The position numbers and the translations under genes were made by a program. DNA of 64,000 bases from Balanoglossus misakiensis (taxonomy: Eukaryota; Animalia; Hemichordata): contig CM082590.2 of assembly GCA_040954595.2 (NCBI GenBank), positions 10,442,088 through 10,506,087 of the forward strand, in the 5' to 3' direction. The notes under the pieces were generated by a model. It searched no databases. It saw only the letters and a program-made list of their open reading frames with translations, and had not been told where the DNA came from. Positions 38,936 through 52,407 of this stretch are shown here, piece after piece. Each line of letters starts with the position of its first letter. Within the stretch, counting starts at the first letter, position 1.

Positions 38936-40334
38936 ATTCCGCTCTACTTTAATATCGAGCACTTTGTATCGGACCAGTCGAACCACATACTTCGTATACA
39001 TACATACATACATGTGGTATCATCACTGGTAAGTGTACATGGTTGATGTATATTTCTGTTTACTTAATATGTCTGGTAACGTATAAGTTATTATAGGGTG
39101 TTTATTTCCTCGAGTATTCGGCATGAAGTGGTATTCCAAACAAACTATCCCAACCTTGTCAAATAGTCTCTTTCCGAATCGTGTTACATCCGACGATGTG
39201 CAATGATGCATTGGAATGTCGCACAGACCGGACGTCGGTAGCGCCGCGCAATTTAAGAAAAATGGTGTTAAATTCGCTGCCACGCAGAGCGTACATAAGT
39301 GACCACTTATGAACTGCATAAAGACCTTTAGAGAAATTACTAGGTGGTGTTTCTTGTTCGACACAGGTAATATTTCTGGCATTTTACTTAGAAATAGTCT
39401 TTGAGGGAAAGCAAAACATAATTTCTAGGATTAGGTCGTTGAAAAAAATGTATGGTAACTCTGTCAGTCTTGTGGCGTATAGGTAATTGACACAATTAGC
39501 CTGAGTAGGAGTAAAATCGCACTTTTCGTGTCGTACATTAAATCATTGGTCTGTAATGATGGGCAATATATACTCCATTTCCTTTTAGATATTTAGGTCT
39601 AATCGATTATGATGTATAGCGAGAAAGAGCCTAAGGGGGAAAAAGCGATTGTATTATAAATCGGGCATGTCTTTGCGATGTACACATCATTCTCTGGTTT
39701 TACGACTTTCTAGAAATCTTGATGCATATAATGTCTTTGCAGTTGGCATAAAGAAATCGTCCATTAACTCCTCCTTTTTGTGTGTGAATTACCCTAAACT
39801 CATTTTAACTAAAAGTGTACCTCAATTTGTTATATTGTTAGACCTCCACCCATTTTGGAAATTGGTCGACTGCACAGTATAAATCAACCGTCTTGGGATT
39901 TTGGTCGCGTACACTGTATTGTCACTTACATTTCTATAGATTACATAATTGGGTACAGAGAACATCCATTCGTATATATCAACATGATACGAGAATTTCT
40001 TGAAAACATAATTTTCGACGTCAATTTATCAGTACAGGACAATTAACTTTATGAGATAGCAGCGTTGCTGATGCAATTCTTTTGATGGCCATACTATCTG
40101 TAAAGCAGCGACTTTATGTCCCCTATGAGAGAAGCACTGATCTTTCATTGCCTAAATGTTGTTGTGTGATGGGTTATCACATTATATTTTACAGCATAGC
40201 TGTTTGTCATTTACAAGAAATAAGCTCATGAGAACTTTTCGCCAATAATCGATTACCCTCGTTAAAGTTTTCTTCGATAGTAACTTTTAACACCTTTTGG
40301 TATATGAATTGGAACTTAAGAGATCAGTCAGCTT

Positions 40335-40352
40335 ACGACCCCTTCCCTTTAA
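40335..40352 (-). mobile_element. Orphan Kolobok-like terminus matching the family B TIR
   Basis: ACGACCCCTTCCCTTTAA is the exact reverse complement of TTAA+AGGGAAGGGGTCGT at 20148 and 48458. I found no partner end. Confidence 0.5.
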
Positions 40353-41768
40353 GCAAACAGCAGCTATGGATAGAATGGCGAAAATCCCAAGCGATGCCGA
40401 CAGAAAGAGTCAGATTACTAGACTGTTTTAAAACCTGTGCTCATGTCTGAATTTAACACATGTCCACTGAACGATAGTACCTCTTGTAAAATTGATCACA
40501 GAAGGCCAGGTCTTTTGAAATTATCTTGAACTACGGAACTCAAAAATGGCGAACAGATATTACCTATTCAGATAGACACGATGATTTTTCAAGTACGTAT
40601 CTTCATGAAAAACCCATTCGACCTTGTGATATTCAGGTCAAAGCACACCGTTCATGTACGACAAACAAATCAGTAATCGAATGATGGTGGCAACAGTATT
40701 TCCATGTGAACTGCAATTAACGATCCAATTTCTGTATCGCTTCACATTCTTTGTACACGTTTTATTATTTCTCTTTCTTCACGAACTCTTCATTCAAACG
40801 TGGAATGATCTCCAATTACACTGCCCATGTTATTGAGGGCAGATGTATATAACAAAGTCAAAAACCAATTGCTTAACAGGTGCGGGTTTTAACGATCACC
40901 AGACTCAGAAATTTTAGAATCGCGAAACATCTAAAAAAATGTTTGGTATCTGGCAACTGTCTTGTCTTCTGGACATGATGCTGGCTGTGCACTCAATTGA
41001 ACCACTTAATAATTTATATTGATCACCATAATTACGTTAGGCACTTCTTCAATTTCCAGTTCCTTGTCCTGCCCACATGCTAATTTCCGTTTGAATCAAA
41101 ACTTTCGACAGGAAACACACTATAAGAAACACAGAAATGCAAACAAATCATTGCATAATATTAAGGGTTTGGAGAACCACAGATATTGACGGAACACACA
41201 AAACTTTAAGACGCTGAAATATATGTTTAATGTAACAGAATTGCCTTGATAAATGAAATATAACTAAATCATCCTGACATTGTGACCTCAACTGATTTAT
41301 TTGGATGCTGATCTATATACAAATGAGTGATATTAATTTATCTATACGTGCAGGTCAGGGTTACCCCCTGTGAGACATAATTTGCATATTGGTTGTCAGT
41401 TCTTGTTGGAGGGCAATTCTCTGTCGGTGAGATGACGGATCTCGGTATTGGCATGTTAGTTGTTCTTCCCAAATTGTCTTAAACCCGGATGAAAATCAGG
41501 AGCTTCGATAAAACCCATCCTACCACCATAAACTTCATGTTATATTAGTATAACGACATAACCAGTTTATTTCTGTTCGCCCTGTTTTAAATCCTGATCT
41601 ATTCCTCACAAAATCAAGAAGTTTCTTGGGAAAAGTTTTCGCTTTTTCCATATTTGGCTTGCTATTTTGCTTCTAGCTTTTACACAATCATGATACGAAT
41701 GAGTGAAGTTGAGGCCATGTGAAGCTAAGAGAAACAAGGCTTGAGTCCTGCTGAAGCCAAGGATTCAA

Positions 41769-43051
41769 TTAATTAGGGGCACAAGCCTATCGGGCTTGTG
41801 CCCCTATTGGTATTGTTGGAATTTTTCTTTATTATTATTCTTCTTCTTCTTCCGAGAAATTCGGCCAGGTAGATCTGGAAAACCGCAGCACCTAGGGGGC
41901 TGAAACTTGGTAGGGTGATAGGGGCCAATGAGTAGACGTGCAGTGGCTCGTGAATATTTATTTAGTCACGTGACCTGGCGGCTATATTGGATTTCCTGAA
42001 AATCGTTAAACGAGTCCTTCTCAAAAACTACTGGGCCGATCGAGTTCAAATTTGGTGTGCAGGTAGCCTACCTTCTGTCCATCAGTTTACCCTATTGAAA
42101 TCATGACGTCACACATAAAGTTTTTTTGCTACAATTGTTTTTCTGAAAAACTACTTAAAACTTTAAAAATCTTCTTCTCCAGAACCAGCGATTGCCGAGT
42201 CACGGGATTCGGGGTATGTGGTCACCTAACCTATGTCTATCAAGTTTGCGAAGCGCACTGTGATTGGTCGATCATCATGGCGGCCATGTTGGATTTTCGG
42301 AAAACCATTGAAAAATGAAAATTCCGTTTTGTAGCCAAAATGTTGACAGCACGTAAATTCTTTTTTTGGATATGAGTCATCATATGACCGGAAGTTGTCA
42401 CAATTTTTCGGGGCAATTTTTACATGACCTTTGACCCAGTTTTAAAACAACTAATTATATATGCATATTCCCCATACCTCCTCTTGTAAAAGCACCACAG
42501 TCATGAATTTTGTGGACATGGGTACCAATGCTGCCAGGACATGACACAAATATTTTGGTAATTTTGGCAATGAACCTTGACCTATTTCTGAAACATCTGT
42601 TTTCTGCATATCTAATTCCAGGCTAACCAATAGGGCTAGATGTCTGGTTTTAGTTGGACATGGTCCACTCTGGGGTCAAAATTTTATGCCCAAATTTTGG
42701 GTGACCTTGGATGACCTTTGATCTACTTTCCCATATCTCAGCATCCATAGCAGTTAGAGTCCTGGCTTTTGGAGGGGGGGGGGGGCGATGGAGCACATAT
42801 GGAGTCTTACACTAGACCTCATTAATTACGTGCATATCTAATTCTAGGCGAACCAATAGAGCTAGGGGTCTGGTTTTTGTTGGACCTAGACTAGTATGGG
42901 GTCCGATTTTTTTGCCCATATTTGGGGTGACCTCAGGTGACCTTTGACCTACTTTCCCATATCTTGGTATCCCCAGCAGATACAGCCTTGGCATTTGCTG
43001 GTCACCATGGGAACCGCTTGTGCCCCGCCAACGCTGCTTGCAGCTTTAATT
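41769..43051 (+). mobile_element. Non-autonomous Helentron/Helitron2-type (HINE/DINE-like) rolling-circle element
   Basis: 5' hairpin TAGGGGCACAAGCC-TATCG-GGCTTGTGCCCCTA (41774-41806), then a TAT/TTC low-complexity tract. Internal diverged repeats at ~42607-42747 and ~42832-42972. 3' subTIR GCTTGTGCCCC (43016-43026), stem-loop GCTGC-TT-GCAGC (43033-43044) and a T-rich end. No ORF. Confidence 0.8.
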
Positions 43052-46000
43052 GATCGTATAATCGCATATATCAGTTGGAAGCTGTCGCCATCACAACCAA
43101 CCGACGCCCTTTCCTCTGACTAAGAGATTACATGCACTCCATCTGACAACAAACCTATCATTATTTTTACAGTCTACGCTAATGCCATAACTATGTGAAA
43201 TTCCCAGATAATAATATTACATTGTAATAAATATTCAGTTATTCACAAGCCATCTTTTGAAATTCAAAGACGCAATTTCCAAATTGTAATGACATGGGTG
43301 TTGTATTAACACGACTCTTTTGAACTTTACGATTGCAATGTAATAACTTTGGAGCTTATCGCTTAATCTGAAGTTGCCTGAATCTGTAATACAAACAGAC
43401 GACTGAATAGTTTCATATACTTTTACGATAATAGAACCGTGTGCAATGGTGTTAGCATTCTGATATTGTGAACACATCCCTTTACGCTTACACATATCGA
43501 GAATCTGTATATTGTTCATGTCCTGAATATGTCAGTCTCAAGATGTCAGCTCTCTCTCATAATGCAATTTTTAAATTAGTGAATAAATTGGTGCTTGAAT
43601 CTTTGATGATGATGTGAACAGAAGGAAATATCACAGAGAGTAGGAGAGAGAGATTAAAAATTTACTTAATTAACGTTCAACATCTGAGGACAGAATAATT
43701 CTTGGCCTTAAATAGCCCTTGAGTACTTAAGATCGAAAACTAATATACCAGGAGGCAACTCTGTACCTTTGAGATATTTTTGAAGTGTAATTAACTCCAC
43801 GGACTTTAGAGACTTGATCTGCGTGACCCAGGTCAGCGAAACTTATATATCTCATACCGATTTACTGGAATCCGCAGACAGATGGCAAATTAAACTTGCC
43901 CAAGTTCACAGTTTGTGTATACGGACCAACGTCTGTCCATCATTGTTTATACACGTTTGTTCCCTTGAGGATTGTTCCTTCAAGTTGATCTATTTAGTGG
44001 ACTGTAGTGGCGTCAGGCAAGATATCTGGATATGTTGTAAATCATTCGTTACTTTGTAAGCAAAGTACTTGAAAAACTTCCTTCTGTTGCACCGTATGGC
44101 CAAATCGACATATGTCTGTTTGTCACGAGATTTCTTTTTGTCAAGATTTCATTATATAGTAGTAGTTGCAGTTTTGAAGTCGAATCTCTTGGATTTTATC
44201 TTTCTCCCTATGAAAAATTCCAGCAGCACCTCCGAAATTAGGCGGAGTTAACTGGATCTGCTTATACGTCCGCGGGCTCCGTTACTAGTTCATGCACCTC
44301 ACTTTGACAAGAACACTAAAACATTTGAAGCAACAATAACGAGGAATATAATTCACCTTTGTAACGTAAGGATTTATACGGCTTCATTCTGAGAAAAGGG
44401 TAATATATTAGTTTGCCTGAAAATCTGTCAAACAGTGACATACAAATACAGTGGGTAATCTGCAGTAATCTTGATTCCTTGGCAAGTTCGATAAATACAG
44501 CGACTGGATATTAACATTCTTGGAGAATGATTGAGTTGGATTTCCTAAATGTGGAATTATCCCTTAGTTTGATAGACAGGAGTGTGGCCACTTGGGGGTT
44601 TGAACAATCTTCTGTGACGTCACCTTTCGCAGCGGCGAGATTTCGCTCAATTTTCTGCGTCTCTGTTACGTGTTGTACGCAGAGAAGGTGGAAGTAACGA
44701 GGGCTTGACTTCAAACGTGGGGGAATGCTGATCGGCGTGTACAGGATTTCACTCGGTGACCTGTTGACACGGTTCGGATTCTCAACCCACCGAGCTAATG
44801 GATCGGATAATGAATTATCGCATGATCTATCAAAAGTATGTAGCCTTGTCTGTCCTCTGCGACGATGAGATGGCTAAACGCGTGCCACCTTCCAACCCCT
44901 GAATCCAAATTGGATACAAACGTGCCCTTGTACAAGAAACTTCCTGGGTAGGGAGTAATAGGCATCTCCGTAAAGCGATCTGCGCCTTCCCCCTAAACTC
45001 TCAAATGTACTCCAAGATAATTACTGAATAACCTAATTTCCTGGAAAAGAGATTAACAACTACGTAAGCAGTAAATGATCCACGCAGTACCTATTTCACA
45101 TACCTGCCAATTACTACCTCCAAACATTTTAATTTTAACATTTGGTTTGGAAAATATGACTTCAGTTTGATCTAACTATCCTCTGAAATTGCAGACTACA
45201 ACTTCATCCCATCGAATCTTAAAACAACGATACAGTTTCGTTTATATTCCACGAACCATTGGGTCTAAGGCTTCCAAACCCATGCAGGGACTAGCTGTGC
45301 TAATAGTTGTAGTAAGGTCTCATACAATATTGTTCCATATGTCACATAGAAGCTATGACTGACAGATGAAGCCATGCTAAAAATATTGCAAGCAAAAGGA
45401 ATACACATGATGTATACAAAATGTCACTCACCTTAAGGGTAATTTGGCTGCTCATTGCTCACAGATGGACTAGTACATTTTACTAATTTAAAAAGGTTCG
45501 CTAGTTCTGTGCGCTTACGTTAACACTTTTCCCAGAATGTACATGTACTTTCAATGCAGTGCCGTTGAATTGAACTGATATTTCTGGATATCTTATAATC
45601 ACAAAGCTCGTAGTTCCAATTGTGTTGACATTAGTTTTTGTTGCGAAAAGGCATCCTGGCTTTCGTCATCCTTCGATCGCATGTCTAATGTAGATGGCAA
45701 GCAGATTGCCCTTTGTGTGAATCATAAATTTTACTATGGTGCGAAGTAATATGGCCTACAGCAAAAACACGCTGTTTTGGTATCTAACACGCACATAGGC
45801 ACGTAGAATACATTTCTTTGACACGCATATTGTACTCTGTTTGAGGAACTGTGACCGTGTCTTATAGTGTTTACAGAACACACTTTTACATCGTCACTCC
45901 GCGCCTGCAAATTACATATAGTTTTAAATCATAAAATTTTATAGTGTGTGAAGCCATGAATAGTGGTCATTTAACATATAAGCTAAGTGTAGATAAACAT

Positions 46001-46367
46001 GGATAATTCACAAAAATTTGAAATAAAAACTACCACATCGCTATTGCTCCATTTTATGACAACGCCATCAGCAATTATTTGGAAAACTGTTTCATTTTAA
46101 TAACCATAATATTAAAACAAATGTAGATAAAAGCGTCGTTATTGCTGATTTAACGTTCCCGCGTCGCAATTAAACTCTTAGTTGCTTATTGAGTACATGG
46201 TAATAAAACAAACTAACCAATCACCTATTGACACAGCAAAAGCATTAAGTGCTTGGAATGAATTGTATTGAAACAATCATTGCTTCTAGTCTTCGAAGTA
46301 TCGCGTTTTATCCCAAGAAGAAGATTTGTCTTAATATTCCAGATTCTGAATTAAGATGACAACACTA

Positions 46368-46440
46368 TTAAAGGTACACTGTCACCTATGCAAATATAGT
46401 TACAGTTACCATGATAAATTAAGATCTAGCCAATCACAGA
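46368..46440 (+). mobile_element. Truncated TTAA-flanked (Kolobok-like) element end; a related degraded copy lies near 53088-53141
   Basis: TTAA|AGGTACACTGTCACC... The stretch 46388-46436 aligns with 53088-53141, including an exact AGATCTAGCCAATCA. Confidence 0.4.
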
Positions 46441-48461
46441 CAGGGACAGATTGGACTCCATCTATCTGTGCGTATCCGTCCTTCTGACTGTCTGTCCATT
46501 TGTCCAGTGGCATTACTTTGATATGCATATTTATATGAAATTTATGTATTCTGTTAGCTTCGTTTAGCATACGAATTGATGTAACAATTACGAAGCGTAA
46601 ATCGAAATATGACGTGGCAGTAACTCTCGCGATGGTTGAACTTTTCAAGGATCAAAACAACGTTGATTTATAATGCATACGCCCACGTTAAAGGTGATAT
46701 TGACATACATACATCCCTATGATCACTTGTGGGGTGGAGTTTATACTTCCATCAGTAAAGAAAATTGTCATTTCTTTTTTAGCCAAGCTTAGGTTATGGT
46801 AGCTAATTTGTTATGGTCAAGTACAGTGCAGGTGAAAAGTTGCATATAATTCTATCAAAAATGCAAAACAGTTTGACCATCTGTGAACATTTTTAACAGA
46901 GGGTGACTCCCACCTGTAACAGTGGCTATACCTTCCCACGACTGGGAAATCGTCTCGATATTATGTGGTTTTATACTCTCCTGGTTGTTGTGTAGTTTGA
47001 ATAATACTTGTTGTTATATTCATCTGTGCTTGGCAGGTATACTCAGGTACCACCCCACTACCTCACGATGCTACTCAAAGTTGGAGAGTTTCATCATGAG
47101 GTAGGATGGGCTATATGACACCCGCTTGTCATACCTACACTTCCCCATTCCTTTCAACAACGTATCTCGTCTCAAGCATCATCCTTAAGAATTAAGCGAC
47201 AGTTATGGCAATAACTGTTAAGTGCTTGTCGAAGTTTGTGTAAAGTAAATACCAATTAGTACATCAAACTTTTGTCATATGTCAAAATTTTGATTTTCAT
47301 TATACATGGATTGTCACATTTTGATATTTGTTTCCATGGAGACCATAGTCCCTTTTAAGTTGCACGCCTCCAGTCAAAAATTAATATTCGTCTTCTAATG
47401 CCTCAGAAAGAATTGGTGTTGTACCATGCTTTGATGGCCATTCATAGAAGAAGAAAAAAACAATCCAAATATCGAAATTAAAATTCATGAACAATTGCTT
47501 CCCAAAACATGAAAGACATCACGTCTGAACAAGATGTTTCAAGTTAGTATCTCATTTCCTTTGCCAGCACTAGCAATGATTACGGTTCATTCGTTTGTTC
47601 GTATATCCCGAATGCCAGACGATGAATTCGTGGACCGTGCGCAGGCATCCTTTTACTCGTAGAGCTGTGGATACAAACGCTATTTGCGATATTTCCTGTC
47701 ATTTCAAAAGAAGCAATCAAGAAACATTCCATCGATCCCTTGATTTCAAAATAAAATACCCCCGACAATGAAGAAATGATTACGGTACAAGAAATAACGC
47801 GAGCGAAATACATGAACGACAATCAACCTACATATGTTACTTCAGAGCATGTGAATGGAGAGAAAAGAATCCCCCGGACCTATTTCTTCGTGCAATGATT
47901 GAAAATTGTACGATACATATAGCTGTCAGGATATGAGAAATAGATGATATGTAAATATATCAACAGCATTCAAGTAAGCCGTGTATCAAATTGTACTCAT
48001 ATTTGAATTTACGATATTTGACGTATTTTAAGGCATGTGTTTGAAATCTGTACATTCCAATAATTGAGTGCCAGTGCAGACTGAATGGGTAATCTTGCTT
48101 TACTATGTTTCTTGTAATAGATAATGTAAAACGTTTGGTAAAATGTAAGCTTCTTTTTTCAAATGAATGTATTCACGGTCACGGTGTCATATTTTGCAGT
48201 GACAGCTCTCCTGAATGAAACGGACTGTTTGTACGCATTCAAGCTTACGCACACCTTTTTATTTGGCGTCGATTAACACCTCAGAAACGGAAATTAGAGT
48301 CCCTGTGATTTTAATGCTTCGCGAAATACAAGACAGATTTAACGGGATTACGATCAGATTGCTGTCCCTGGTAGATTTCAATTAAAGGCAACAATAGTTT
48401 GACATTGTTGGTCGGTTAACACAATACTTTGTGTGTGTAAATACAGTTTCCCCTCCCTTAA

Positions 48462-48693
48462 AGGGAAGGGGTCGTCGCGCCGCGTGGGTGTCCCCCGTAA
48501 TGAGAATATGTCCTCCCATACCAACGCGAACCCCACTGCAGTCACCACGACCAACTAGGATCTTCAGTTGCTGTCATGCCCAGTCTACGCTATGGTTGGC
48601 TGCTTCGTTCATTCCAAAAATTATCTAATTTCAAGGGGTGGATTGTTATGTTTATAAACAAACAAACAAACGCGGCGCGACGACCACTTTCCT
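48462..48693. mobile_element. MITE family B copy 2 (Kolobok-like)
   Basis: TTAA|AGGGAAGGGGTCGTCGCGCCGCG ... CGCGGCGCGACGACCACTTTCCT|TTAA. Long near-identical blocks are shared with 20152-20386. Confidence 0.88.
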
Positions 48694-51600
48694 TTAACAA
48701 TGAAATTTTGTATGCTATTTGTACGTACTGGCTGTTTAACAGAAAACACACCAAGCTATGGCCTATGCCCTTATTGCTTGCAGGGAACACTTATATTTGA
48801 CATATAAATCGCAGGAGAGATATAAACAGTTTCGTCGTATTTTAATGCATGATAAAACAAGGCCATGAAGACACATATACAGCAAATGTCAACGTCTGTA
48901 AATCATGCGAATGCATACACATGACAACCGGAAGTGGTTTTTCTAAATCTTCACTGTTTCATCCCCCATCTTGCTCCCATGGAAGCACAAATCTTTCAAT
49001 TTTCGTTTTGTAGTCTAATTTACCTTCCGATTACATCCATGCACTGATACTGTTCATTATTGTTATACCCCCATAGCTCCTGGTTTCATAACTTATGTTT
49101 GTCTGATTTAAAGCGATTGCATTGTGTAACTTTTCTACCATCTAGCGTTCACGTTTATTGCCCAAAGTCAGAAGAACTTCTATCAAAGACTGCCGCTCCT
49201 AATCAAAGTAAAATGTTGTACCGCCAATTTAGACAAGGAATTGATAGAAAGCATCTTCTTTCTCTAAACTATAACTCTATATAGATTATATCAATTTTCC
49301 TGAATTTTACCTTAGTTTTACTGCAAACTAGTCTGACATGTAATAGTTCAAAATGCGTAATCACTTTGAATTATGTTTGTCTTTTTAACTTCTGTTATCA
49401 CCTTGTCAACACAATTTGAAGAAAGACATTTCAGTAATGTTTGGTTTGGGGCATTTCTTGGTTACCATCGCAATTACTGTAATGTGATTGTTCGTATCCC
49501 CGCACACATTGTCGTATTTATACGCCTACACGATCTGTCAGAAATGGTCCGACATCAAGCGAGGTGTACTTAGAACGCTGTCATGTGCGTCGTTTCTAGT
49601 TATTCTCCTATCCAGACTTGTTTGACGGCATAAGCAACTGTAACTTTAAAATGGGATATAATTGTGTAGTTTCCAAACTTACGATGTCGCGGCCTTGGTG
49701 GACCGGACTGACCTAAGAAGTCAACGCGCATAACATGGACCGAGATGCTGACAAACTTCTGGCGTATTTCAGTTAAGTGACTTTGACAGAACCTTGCTAT
49801 GAAAGACATTTGGCGCCATATTGACTGCTCAAATAGTATACTCGCTGTCGTCTGTACATCCTTAATTGAAAGTCGGTGAATTCAACATAAAGGCGCATTT
49901 TAATAAAGTAAAGTACATAAATTCAACCACTCAGTTAAATTGAGAGAAATTTACACAGTACCTGACAAAAATGCGTGGAACGCGCGATTAAATCTTTCAA
50001 AGAAATGTCAATTGCGTAAACAACGTCGTATTGTTCTCCGACTGTTATGTTTCACAATGGAATGGAAATGCGCGCGCGTCATTTACAAGGAACAGCCAGC
50101 TAATTATTCGAGCGATTTCATTTTCCTCCTTTTCCTCTAAAGGTAACCGCAAATGGACTGTCACTTAGCCAGACGGGGGTCACGTGATGGAGAGAAATTG
50201 CTCTGTTTTAAAGTTAGAAAACGATAGAACTGTAGTCCTTACTTTAAGTGCACGCCATTCCATCAGACATAACGGCCAGTGATCGTGGACACCTCAAAGT
50301 ATTAGAAAAAGCGGGCACTGATTATATCACAATTATTCATGACATTTTACGGTGCATATCAAGTATGAGTTTAACAGAAGTAGAAAAAGAATCTATACAT
50401 CTTTCATTGTTGAGAAATGAAATTTCTGCCCGCAAGGTTTGTATATTATTCTGCTTTGGAGAAGCGTTACGCTTTTCAAAGATGGCCGCCGGGCTGTATC
50501 TGATGAATTGGGATCCGAGATGACACTGTTCGCAGCTGTAATCTCAAAAGCAAACCGACGCAAATAATTTTCCTCTCACAACTACTAGTCCTGATAACAC
50601 CCAGCGGGTTAATTTCATTCTATTGGGATTGAGATACTCCTTTCTCACTTTCTCTCCGACGGCATTTATTCGATAACACCGATCCGAATAATCATTTAAT
50701 AATTTGATCCTCGCTGCTTTGTCAGGAGTTTTAAATCGAACTGAGGCGATCGTGTTTCTGATAAACTCGCATTTCAGCTTTGAATAGCTGAATGCCTTGT
50801 CGGAAAGTGAGTTAAAGGTCGATATTTACGAGTCTTTAGTAAATTACAATTGAAATATCAGGTGAGTGTTGGGAATAATGTAAATGGAGACAGTCCCTCG
50901 TAAACATACACTTCTTTTTATGAGAAAGTGACGATTAAACGGGTTTAGGAAACTGCGATGGTTATTAGGCCAGTACAGTTAGCTTACTTGTAAGGTATAT
51001 AGATATTGGGTTTTGCTGCTTTAAGTCCAACCACAAAGTCTGTCTCCTGGAAGTGACAATAAGGCTTAATATAAATGACATTTAATTTTAATGTTTCGTT
51101 CAGAATTTGCAGGTATAGGTGTACAGGAGGTGACTTTCTCGAGGACAATTTTGCATGTCCTTTCCGTCCTCAGCTCCTGTGAGGCCAAGAAACCGGAAAT
51201 GAGACAAGCATACGTAATATGTAGGTCAGATAGAACGAAGGCTCGAAGCGTACATCATGTATGTGACAAAGCCAATGACCGTATAACTCATGGATAAACA
51301 TGAATACTAGGTTTTCTTATCCCGTCTTGATTGTTCTAAATTTAATATCTGGCTGAAAATGTAGCCAAATTAATGTCTATTATAGTTTCAAACCAAACTG
51401 ACTTATATCATTCGACTGGCAACCCGTTGCTATGGTAATTAACCACTTCTCGCAAGATCTCGCAATAAGCGGAGAATGTGAATTTTGTCTTACTACAGTG
51501 TGGTATTTGTTCATATTCGTAAACGCTGCTTTCAAAAGACCATACTGCTGTGCCAATACAGTATACGTACTTAATAATGTACACGCACAATGTAAATGTT

Positions 51601-52200
51601 CATGCGATTGTACTTGCCATCGTATACACAGGAACGTGGTAATACAATCTTTTGAAGTTTCTCCGAGTAATGGGAGTGGGTAGAAGCTTCACTTTATTTA
51701 ACGGTGGCAGTCTTTGTCGGATGTCGGAGAACTGATTTTCTCATGCTTCCAGGCACCACTCAGTTAATAACACGTCTGACGAAGGTATTTTCCTGTGACG
51801 TCATCATTCGCCATTCGCGTACATGCAAACGTTGCAAGATTCAGTCTATCTTGTCAATCCAACTTTCTAGAATGCAACAATGGAATAGTCTGTGACTAAA
51901 AAGCGATTGTGACATAGACCCATTCGGGCTGACACTGAGATTCGTTAAAGATAGTATGTGTACCTCACAAATGAACATACATCGCTGTCGATAGTACTGG
52001 TGTATATGGCCAGGATAGTTAAATTTAATTTACGATGTTAGAGGCTTAAGTTGTTCCGACATAACAGATTGATAACGCACACCTTCTCTAGCCATGGGCA
52101 AGTGATTGATTTATCCTGAGATTCTATAAAGTTCAAATAGTGTTTGATGAACTTCATTTACATCCCCATATCCTTCACTCTATAAATTGAGCAATAACTG

Positions 52201-52251
52201 CTCTGTCTCTGTCTCTGTTTGTCTCTCTGTCTCTGTCTCTCTGTTTGTCTA

Positions 52252-52301
<50 letters not shown>

Positions 52302-52407
52302 TCCCCTACCTCTCTCTCTCTCTCTGTCTCTGTCTCTCTCTCTATCTCTATAAATCTCTCTCTCTTTCTCTCTCTATCTCTATAAATCTCTCTCTCTTTC
52401 TCTCCCT
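52201..52407. repeat. CT/CTGT-rich microsatellite with a duplicated TCTATCTCTATAAATCTC block
   Basis: Directly visible. Confidence 0.95.

Larger units (their letters stand above)
38508..39013. repeat. Tandem duplication of a ~240-bp unit (246 bp + 232 bp + partial third start)
   Basis: Units start at CATACTT (38508, 38754, 38986). Each full unit has (TACA)-type microsatellite, a TIR element and a shared tail GAGCACTTTGTATCGGACCAGTCGAACC. Confidence 0.95.

Noticed and set aside
38508-39013. CRISPR-like repeat-spacer reading of the TIR array
   Set aside because: The 'spacers' are copies of each other, the repeats alternate in orientation, the context is eukaryotic and there are no cas genes.
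43860-44250. Long minus-strand frame with a few stops, possibly a decayed coding fragment
   Set aside because: No motif I can assign. It cannot be told apart from random sequence without a translated search.
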